A DNA stretch of 64,000 nucleotides from an uncultured Planctomycetota bacterium. Its GTDB lineage: Bacteria > Planctomycetota > Brocadiia > CAIUPP01. The position numbers and the translations under genes were made by a program. The DNA is taken from positions 38,374 through 102,373 of the forward strand of contig CAIUPP010000061.1 of NCBI GenBank assembly GCA_903901045.1. The letters are read 5' to 3'. Below are positions 25,275 through 32,900 of the stretch, piece by piece (position 1 is the stretch's first letter; each line of letters opens with the position of its first letter). Below the pieces are notes generated by a model. That model was not told the origin of the DNA, searched no databases, and saw only the letters and a list, made by a program, of their open reading frames with translations.

Positions 25275-25324
25275 GTAGCGCGGGTTATCAAACCCGCGAT
25301 CATTGTGCGTTCTTTCCGATTTCC
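25275..25324. repeat. family-4 element copy b, in the 268-bp spacer between fumarate hydratase alpha and beta genes
   Basis: GTAGCGCGGGTTATCAAACCCGCGATCATTGTGCGTTCTTTCCGATTTCC, preceded at 25185-25225 by a solo CTCAGTT heptamer-repeat arm. Confidence 0.7.
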
Positions 25325-25381
25325 TTTCCCCGCGCCTGTGGCGCGGGACGCGGACTTGATAGTCCGCGCTACATACGCGGC

Positions 25382-26293
25382 TCACAAGACGACTTCCGCA
25401 TGCCGATGGCTGTGGCAGTCCAGGTTGACGGCGACCGGCAGCGCCGCGAGGTGGCATGGGGCCGATGCAACGTGCACCGCCAGCGCTGTGACTTCCCCGC
25501 CCAGCCCCATCGGGCCGACCCCGGTGGCATTGATTTGAGTGAGCAGTTCGCGCTCCAGTTCGGCATCCAGCGCGTTGGCCGCCGGCTGGCCCAGCGGCCG
25601 CAGGAGCGACTCCTTGGCCAGCAGCGCGCATTTCTCGAAGTTTCCGCCGAGGCCCACCCCGACGATGACCGGCGGGCAGGGATTGCCCCCGGATTCGCGC
25701 ACGGCGCGCACGACGAACTCCACCACCCCCTCGCGCCCGGCCGAGGGGGGGAGCATCGCCAGGCGCGACATGTTCTCGCAGCCCCCGCCCTTGGCGGCGA
25801 AGAGAATGCGCAGGCGGTCGCCCGGGACGATGCGCGTGTGCAGGATGGCCGGCGCGTTCGTGCCGGTATTCCTGCGGGTGAGCGGGTGGTCGAGGATGCT
25901 CTTGCGCAGGTGGAAGCGGTTGGCGCCTTCGGCCACCGCCTGCTGAACCGCTTCGGCCAGGTCGCCGCCGGTGAGATGAAGCTCCTGCCCGATCTCCAGG
26001 AAGATCACGGAGACGCCGGTATCCTGGCAGAGCGGCCGGCGCTCGGCCCGGGCGATTTCGGCGTTGTGCTGAAGGTCGGCCAGGATAGCGCGTCCGATGG
26101 CGCTGCTCTCGCGCGCCGCGGCGGCGGCCAGCGCCGCGCACTCCGCGCCGCCCAGGTCAAAAGTGGCCTGTTCGATCAGTCGCAGCAGCGCCGCCTGAAG
26201 CTCTTTCACCGGCAACTCGCGCACGGCGGACCCTCTCCGCAAAACGGGAAACCTGCCTGCACGATATGATAGCAGCTTGCCGCAGCGGTGCAA
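25382..26293 (-). CDS. class-I fumarate hydratase / tartrate dehydratase alpha subunit
   Basis: Fe-S-dependent hydrolyase alpha domain (CQDTGVSVIFLEIG..., HLRKSILDHPLTRRNTGTN..., FAAKGGGCENMS). Confidence 0.8.
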   Translation of the reverse strand: MHRCGKLLSYRAGRFPVLRRGSAVRELPVKELQAALLRLIEQATFDLGGAECAALAAAAARESSAIGRAILADLQHNAEIARAERRPLCQDTGVSVIFLEIGQELHLTGGDLAEAVQQAVAEGANRFHLRKSILDHPLTRRNTGTNAPAILHTRIVPGDRLRILFAAKGGGCENMSRLAMLPPSAGREGVVEFVVRAVRESGGNPCPPVIVGVGLGGNFEKCALLAKESLLRPLGQPAANALDAELERELLTQINATGVGPMGLGGEVTALAVHVASAPCHLAALPVAVNLDCHSHRHAEVVL

Positions 26294-26295
26294 CA

Positions 26296-26380
26296 GAAAC
26301 GAAAGGACCTAAAGGACTGCAAGGACAAAAAGGACCATGGATGTGTCCTTGCAGTCCTTGCAGTCCTTTAGGCCCTTCTT
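26296..26380. repeat. heptamer-periodic hairpin (AAGGAC units) between convergent genes
   Basis: GGACCTAAAGGACTGCAAGGACAAAAAGGACC / loop ATGGAT / GTGTCCTTGCAGTCCTTGCAGTCCTTTAGGCC. Confidence 0.65.
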
Positions 26381-26393
26381 CGCCAGAGCGCCC

Positions 26394-27824
26394 TCACACA
26401 TGATACACCCGCCCCGGCGCGGACTCCTCCTTCGTGTACCGCGCCAGCAGCGCCATCGCCTGCTCCAGGCCGCCGGCCAGCTCCACGTCGAACCCATTCA
26501 CATGGTCCCCGTGGCGCTCCAGCCAGCTCCAGGCGATGTGCAATTCCTCGGCGTCGCTCGGCGGCGGGGGGGTGGAGAAGAAGAACTCGTTCAGCGCGGC
26601 GCGCGCCTGTTCCGGCTCCGCGCGCGGGATCACCAGCCGCCGCAGCGCGCGCTCGCCGTAGAGCAGGAAGAGCTCCGCCTGTCCCTCCTCGGGCGCGGGC
26701 AGAATCAGCGTCAGGCGCTGCGTCGGCGCTTTCGCCAGCGCTGCGCGCTCGTGGATGTCGAACTGGATATTGATCTTCGGCTGGAGTTTGCGGATCGCGG
26801 CGGATTCTTCCAGCAGCGCCGCCAGTTCGGAGCCGGTGCGGCGGGTCTCCAGCCGCGAGACGGACTCCAGGATGCGCTCCCCCTTCTCGTCGCGGCGCAC
26901 GCGGGCGCGGAAGTAGCTCTTCACCCGCTGGCGCAGGTTCAGCGCTTTCCCCACGTACACGGGAGTGCCGCCGGCCTCCTTGAAAATGTAAATCCCCGGC
27001 TCCTCGGGCAGCTGATCGAGGGTCGCCTTGTCGAATTCATACCCGCTGAAATCCACCTCGCGCCGGACGGGATGCTGCAGCGTGGTCCATTCCTGAGGCG
27101 GGGCCAGGCCCACCTCCTCCGAGCGCGCGAGCATCGCGGCGAAGATCTCGGCGATGAAGCGCGCCTTCTCCTCCGCGCTGGCCGGCTCGCGCGCGGGCAG
27201 CCCGAGCTTGGTCGCGAGGCCGCCCGGCGTGGTTGCGCCCGCACCCAGCGTGCGCTTGGCCAGGCGTTCAAGCGAGAGCGTCTCCGCCTCCTCGCCGGCG
27301 AAGGAGAGGGCATGCGCGACGGCGTTCTGGAACGCGCCGATGCGGAAAGCGACCAACGTGGCGCCCCGCGCGAATTCGGCGGCTTTCGCGACGCACTCCG
27401 ACGCCGGCGGCGCCTGGCGGATCGCCTGTTTCAAATTCGGCGGAAGAATGAGGCCGGAGGGGAAGGGGTCCGGACGGATGGGGGAGCCCGCCGTCCCCTG
27501 CGAACGGCCGGCGGAATCGAGCCGCAGCGCGAACCACTCGACGTCCAGGAAGCGCGCGCCGTCGCGCACCAGCGTCGTCTGGAGGATGGCGTATTCCCCG
27601 GCACCGGCTCCTCCCGCGGGCGCCTTCGCGGCCACCCAGGCGCCCGACGCGTTCTGGCTCAGGCGCGGGTCGCCCGCCAGCACGGTCTTCACCAGCTTGT
27701 CCGTGAGTGGGGAAGGCTTGCCGGTGGGGAAGAGGAACTGCGCGGCGATCTCCTGCGACGCCGCCCCCTGTTCGCCGCGCTCGGCGACGAAGGCGAAGAT
27801 TCTGTCCTGAATGGAATTGCTCAT
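26394..27824 (-). CDS. GIY-YIG domain protein with N-terminal uncharacterised domain (Cho/UvrC-N-like nuclease)
   Basis: ATG at 27824 (MSNSIQDRIF...). The GIY-YIG motif PGIYIFKEAGGTPVYVGKALNLRQRVKSYF lies mid-protein. Confidence 0.55.
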   Translation of the reverse strand: MSNSIQDRIFAFVAERGEQGAASQEIAAQFLFPTGKPSPLTDKLVKTVLAGDPRLSQNASGAWVAAKAPAGGAGAGEYAILQTTLVRDGARFLDVEWFALRLDSAGRSQGTAGSPIRPDPFPSGLILPPNLKQAIRQAPPASECVAKAAEFARGATLVAFRIGAFQNAVAHALSFAGEEAETLSLERLAKRTLGAGATTPGGLATKLGLPAREPASAEEKARFIAEIFAAMLARSEEVGLAPPQEWTTLQHPVRREVDFSGYEFDKATLDQLPEEPGIYIFKEAGGTPVYVGKALNLRQRVKSYFRARVRRDEKGERILESVSRLETRRTGSELAALLEESAAIRKLQPKINIQFDIHERAALAKAPTQRLTLILPAPEEGQAELFLLYGERALRRLVIPRAEPEQARAALNEFFFSTPPPPSDAEELHIAWSWLERHGDHVNGFDVELAGGLEQAMALLARYTKEESAPGRVYHV

Positions 27825-29101
27825 CCCTTGCGCAGCGCCTCCAGCGTCCGGCGCATATCCTCCGGCAGCGGCGCCTCGACCGTCAGCGGCTGCTTCGTCG
27901 CAGGATGCTTGAACGTGATCCGCGCCGCGTGGAGCGCCTGGCGGTCGAGAAGCAGAATGTCGCCCGGGTCGCGCGGCGTTTGCGCGGACTCTGTTTCGTT
28001 GGTGGGGGCGCAGCATGCTGCGCCCCTACGCTCCGTGTGGACGCTCTTCCCCTCGTCCTTTGCTCGCGCGGAACCCTCCGCCGTTGTAGGGGCAAGGCAT
28101 GCCTTGCCCTTGCGCTCCGCATGGGCGCTCTTCCCCTCGTCCCTGTCCGGGCCGGATGCCCGCAGGTCCGACAAGTACAACTTGCTCCGCACACCGTACG
28201 ACCTGTCGCACAGGATCGGATGCCCGAGGGCCTGCAGGTGGACGCGGATCTGGTGCATCCGCCCGGTATAGAGCCGGCAGCGCACCAGCGTGAAGGCCGC
28301 GAAGCGTTCGACCACCTTGAACCCCGTGCGCGCCTCCTGGCCGTCCTCGCGCACCATCATCTGCGCGAGGTTCGCATTCTCGTGCTCCTCCCGGCCCAGC
28401 CGAAGGTCGATGAGCCCTTCCTCCTGCTCGATCACCCCCTCCGCGATGGCCAGGTACTCCTTGGTGATGTCGCTCTGCTCGAAGATGAGCGGCACGGAGC
28501 GATCGTTGCGCCCCGTCTTGCAGACCACGAGCACGCCGCTGGTGTCCTTGTCGATGCGGTGCGCCAGCTTGGGGACGACGTCCTTGCGGTGGTCCTCCAG
28601 GTTGCGGTAGCGCAGGTGCAGGGCGTTGATGAGCGTGTCGTAATGGTGTTTCCCCGCCGGGTGGACCACGATGTTCGGCTGCTTGTTGAGAACGAGAAGC
28701 TGGTCATCCTCGTAGAGGATCTCCAGCGGGATTTCCGCCATCCGTTCGCAGGCGTCCGCCGGGGCGGGGGGGAGCGGCACGCGCACCATCTCGCCGGACT
28801 TGACGCGGTACGAGCAATCCAGCCGCGTCCCCGACGAGGTGACCTCGCGCAGCTCGATCAGTTCCTGCACCTTGGTGCGCGAGCGCCAGCGCAGTTTGAC
28901 CTTGAGAAATTGATCGAGCCGAAGGCCGGCCTGGTCGGGATAGACGAAATGCTCCTCCGCCGCCTGGGGAGTGATGAGGCGGTCGGGCGCCTTCCCCGGC
29001 GGCATTAGCTGCCGGCACTGGCCGGGGCGGCGGGGTTTCGCTGGCTGGGAGGCGGATTGGCTCATATCGCAAAGATACCGGGCGGAGGGGGACAGGGTCA
29101 A
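27821..29101 (-). CDS. RluA-family pseudouridine synthase (RluD-like, S4 + catalytic domain) carrying an in-frame ~50-aa palindromic-repeat insertion
   Basis: RluA motifs (HRIDKDTSGVLVVCKT, LVRCRLYTGRMHQIRVHL). Codons encoding ...DRDEGKSAHAERKGKACLAPTTAEGSARAKDEGKSVHTERRGAACCAPT... map onto two tandem family-1 palindrome units (27985-28135). Confidence 0.8.
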   Translation of the reverse strand: MTLSPSARYLCDMSQSASQPAKPRRPGQCRQLMPPGKAPDRLITPQAAEEHFVYPDQAGLRLDQFLKVKLRWRSRTKVQELIELREVTSSGTRLDCSYRVKSGEMVRVPLPPAPADACERMAEIPLEILYEDDQLLVLNKQPNIVVHPAGKHHYDTLINALHLRYRNLEDHRKDVVPKLAHRIDKDTSGVLVVCKTGRNDRSVPLIFEQSDITKEYLAIAEGVIEQEEGLIDLRLGREEHENANLAQMMVREDGQEARTGFKVVERFAAFTLVRCRLYTGRMHQIRVHLQALGHPILCDRSYGVRSKLYLSDLRASGPDRDEGKSAHAERKGKACLAPTTAEGSARAKDEGKSVHTERRGAACCAPTNETESAQTPRDPGDILLLDRQALHAARITFKHPATKQPLTVEAPLPEDMRRTLEALRKG

Positions 29102-29173
29102 GCGAGACGGTCCATGCGCCCGCCTTCATCGGCGCTCCAGGTCGCCGGCGTTTTCGAAGTCCGCGAGGGAATG

Positions 29174-29677
29174 CTATGGCTGCGGCGGACCGATGTGGCC
29201 GGTCATGGGGGCGAAGTCGCTGTGAACGCCGCGCGAGTTGATGGTAATGGTTCCCGTCGGGGCGGAGGAGGTGAGCCAGCCGCGGCTGATCAGACCGCCG
29301 GCCGCGGCGCCAGGGGAACTCCACGTGCTGGAGGCCACGCCCAGGCCGACGAGTCCGCCGATAGTGGAGATCGGGGAACTCCACGAGGAGGTGGCCGACA
29401 GGGATGTGGCGGCCGGCGCAGCCACGGCGGCAGCCGGCGCCGGCGCCGTCGCGGCGGCTGGCGCGGCGGAGGCCCGCGCGGCGGAGGAGGCGGTGGCCGC
29501 GACCGAAGCGGTCGCGGCGGCGGACGCTGCGTCTGCGGCCGCGGCCCTCCCGGCGGCCGGCGCTTCCGGCGCGCCGTTGGAACTGGAGGAGGAGCCGAAA
29601 AAGGGCATGGAGCCGCAGCCGGCCAGACCCAGGGCCAGAACCGCCACGACGGCCGCCGTCAACACCGTTGAGCGCAT
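29174..29677 (-). CDS. Ala/Ser-rich lipoprotein (hypothetical)
   Basis: Signal peptide plus lipobox LAGC (MRSTVLTAAVVAVLALGLAGCGS). Low-complexity Ala/Ser body with repeated SxWSSP. Confidence 0.45.
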   Translation of the reverse strand: MRSTVLTAAVVAVLALGLAGCGSMPFFGSSSSSNGAPEAPAAGRAAAADAASAAATASVAATASSAARASAAPAAATAPAPAAAVAAPAATSLSATSSWSSPISTIGGLVGLGVASSTWSSPGAAAGGLISRGWLTSSAPTGTITINSRGVHSDFAPMTGHIGPPQP

Positions 29678-29909
29678 GATTTCTCCTGATGAGAAATTAT
29701 AGCAACTCCCGCGCCGAATGTCTCGGCAAGCGTTCAGTCGGAGAGTTCTGCGGGCGATCCGCCGCCGCGCTCCGTCCGCTTTCCCGTCGTCCATTCGTCG
29801 TCGGGCATCCCCGTTTCTCTATTGTTCCAACTCCCTCCTTGACAACCATCCGAAGCGGGCCATAGACTAGCGTGGGCGCGGTGTCGGCTCATCAGCCGGG
29901 GAGTGGGTT

Positions 29910-32900
29910 ATGTCCATACGGTTCAAGTGCGCGTGCGGCAAGAGTTTCAAGGTTGACGACAAGTTTGCCGGCAAGCGAACCAAGTGCACCGCTTGTGGCG
30001 CGAGCATTCAAATCCCGACGGCCGCGGCGCCCGCGCCCACTCCGCCCGCGCCACCCCAGGCCGAGCCGCCCCCAGTCGAGCCGCCGCCACCCGAGCCCGC
30101 CTCGCGCAAGGGAATGGAGCTGTCGCTGGAAATCGAGCCGCCCGCTCCCAAGGCGGCGCGCCCGGCGCTGGCCGATGAATTCCCTCTGGCGGCCGGACAG
30201 CCCCCGCCCCCCGCCGAGCCCGCGCCTGCCCCCTCCCTTCTGTCCGAAACGCACGCCGTCCAGGAACCCTCCGCGGGAGGAGAGGATATCCCGCTGGCCG
30301 CGCCGGAGCAAGCGCCCGAGCAGCATAAGAAATGCCCGAAGTGCGGCGCAGCGGCGGAACCCTCCGCGGCGATCTGCATCGAATGCGGCGCCAGTTTCCT
30401 GCCCGCCGCCCCCGCGGCTGCTGCGAAGCAGAGGGGCGTCGCCGGCTTCTTCAGGAAGAATATGCTGGTCATCGGCATCGCAGGCTGCGGCTTGTTGCTG
30501 GTGGGAGGGCTCGTCTTCGGGGTGGCCTATCTGTTGAAATCGCGCCGCCCCAAGCCGCCGCCCGCCGCCGCGGCGAGACCGCCCGCCCCCGTCACCACCA
30601 CCACGCTGGCGCCCGCGCCTTCCCCGGAAACCAAGGCCGCCGCGCCTGCGCCGCCGAAAGTCGAGTGGAACGGCTTCAAGGATCCCCGCCTGATCGCGCG
30701 CGACCGCCTCGCCGCCGCCGGCGGCCTGCTCCTGGCCGCGTTGCAGAAATCCGGAAAGCCCCCCGCTGCGCTGGGCGATATCGGCCTGCCCGCCGAACTT
30801 CACACCGGCCTCTCCTATGTCGGGCCGGAGGTGGCCGCGCTGGCCTGGTTCCGCCCGCTGCTGTTCGAGTCGGTCGAGAACTCCGGCAAACGCTACGTCT
30901 TCTTCAGCGACGGCCTCACGCGGCTCCTCTCCGCCGCCGAATGGCGCGCCGCTCTCCCGGCCCAGAGCGCGCAGGGATACCTCACCCCGGCGGACCAGGA
31001 CCTCCTGGCCGCCACCGCGCCGCGCGTGCGCGTCTCCAACGCCCGCTATGCCCGGCTGGAAGTGTCACTCGACGGCGCGAAAGTCGCTTCGCTGGCCCGG
31101 GGGGAATCGCGTTCGCTCAATCTCGCCGAAGGGGAGCACCAGTTGAAGCTCTCCATCCCCGACGGTCCCAGCGAGACGCTGCCGCTCTCCGCCGCGCGCG
31201 GGTTGAACATCTCCTATTCCCTTCCGCTGCACGCGGATACGTTCTACATCGCCGCGCGCGCCTATCGCGCCATCCTGACCCAGCAGGGGAACGCTTCCGG
31301 CTACACCGCGGAGAAGGAGGGGAACACGATCGTGGCCCTCAAGGGGCCCTCGGAGCGCGTCATCTTCACGACCCCCGGCGCGCGCTCGGCGCTCTCGCCG
31401 GACCTGCGCTCGCTGGAGGCGCGCATCGAGCGCGACTTCGGGACCCTTGAAGGGCTCGATGGGAAAGCGCTGCGCATGGATGAACTGAGCCGGCTCGAAG
31501 AGGGCGTGGTGAAGTTCAAGGGGGGCTCGGTGGCGACCTATCGGCGCAGCGCGCTGGGCACGCTGGCCGTGCAAGTGGCGCCGAACCTCACCGCCGCCCG
31601 GCTGGCGCAGGGCGCGCCGCGATCCGGCACAGAGAAGACCGCGCCGGGGATGCGCCCCGCCATGCCGCCGCGCGCCGCGCCGCCAAGCGCCATGCCACCG
31701 GGCATGGGACGGCAAGCCGCCGCACAGGCCGATATCGAGTTGAAATATCCCGCCGCCGCGTTCGCGACGACCCCCGATCTGTCGGCGATCAGCGCTATCT
31801 TCCACAGCGCCGGCGCCGCCCAGGCGATCCTGGACCGCGAGCGCGATTCGCAGAAACGCGCAGCCGGGCCTGAAGGCGCGCGCGGCGCTCCGCCGAATGC
31901 CGGGATACCTCCCCCAATGAGAGCGCCTGCCGCCGCGCCTGCGGCGGGGATGCCGGGCGCCGGAGCGATCCAGTCCCCCGATCTGTTTGCGCTGAGCGAT
32001 GCGCAGGAAGAGCTCGCGCGCGCCCCCTCCGATGAAGCGCTCTTCGCCGGTCTCGTCATCTACGGCGGGCCGGAGTCGGTCGCCACCATGCTGCCGCTGG
32101 CTGAGAAGCTCCAGGCCTCGGCGGCGGGGTACAACGAAATGCTGCTGGCCCTCGCGCGATGCGGCAAGGGCGCCACGCTGGCGCAGCTCGCCGCCGCAGG
32201 GCAGAATTCCCCCGTCGGCGCCGTCATCGCTCTCTCCCTGATCGACGACGATGCGGCCCGCAATGCCTGCGGAAAGATCATGGCCGACTGGAGCGCCTCG
32301 CGCGTGCAGGAGGCGGTAAGCGCCTGGCCGCTCATCGCCGCCCCCTCTGCGCGGCGCAATTTCATTCTCGCGCTCGACGCCGCCAAGCCGGCGCTCCTGG
32401 AGGATCCCTCCGTCCTCAACGCCCTGATGAAACTCGACCCCTATGTGCTCGATCTGGTGCTGGCGCGCAAGCTTCCCGAGGCGCAGAAACCCGCGGAGCC
32501 GGCCAAGACCCCCGAAGGAACCGCCGGCGCGGCAGCCCAGCCCGCGCCCGCGCGCGCCGCGGCGGCGCCGCAGGATTCCTCGCAAGGAAGCGCCAGCCGC
32601 ACGGACTCCGCCACGCCCCTTTCCTGGCGTCTGCTGGCGCACCGGCAGAACGCGCAGGCGGTCGCGCGATTCGTCGCCCTGCTCACCGGGGCCGACGCCA
32701 CGGCAAAGCAGCAGGCCATCGCGGCGCTGGCCGAGGTCGGCGACGACAGCGTCGTTCCTTCCCTCGGCGCGATGTTGCAGGACCCGGCCCCGTCCATCCG
32801 CATCGAGGCCGCCGGCGCGCTGGCGCGACTCGGCTCCGCCGACGCCGTGGCGCTGCTCACCGACAGGATGACCGCCGAGCTCCTGTCCGAGGAGATCGTC

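Noticed and set aside
23388-25538. Short ORFs with recurring peptides (e.g. 23388-23570-, 24316-24522+, 24321-24653+ and 25305-25538+ containing ...ERTHxDxGFDNPRY..., ...LIAGxITRAT...)
   Set aside because: The similarity is caused by translation of the family-4 nucleotide repeat in different frames and orientations. There is no RBS or other gene context.
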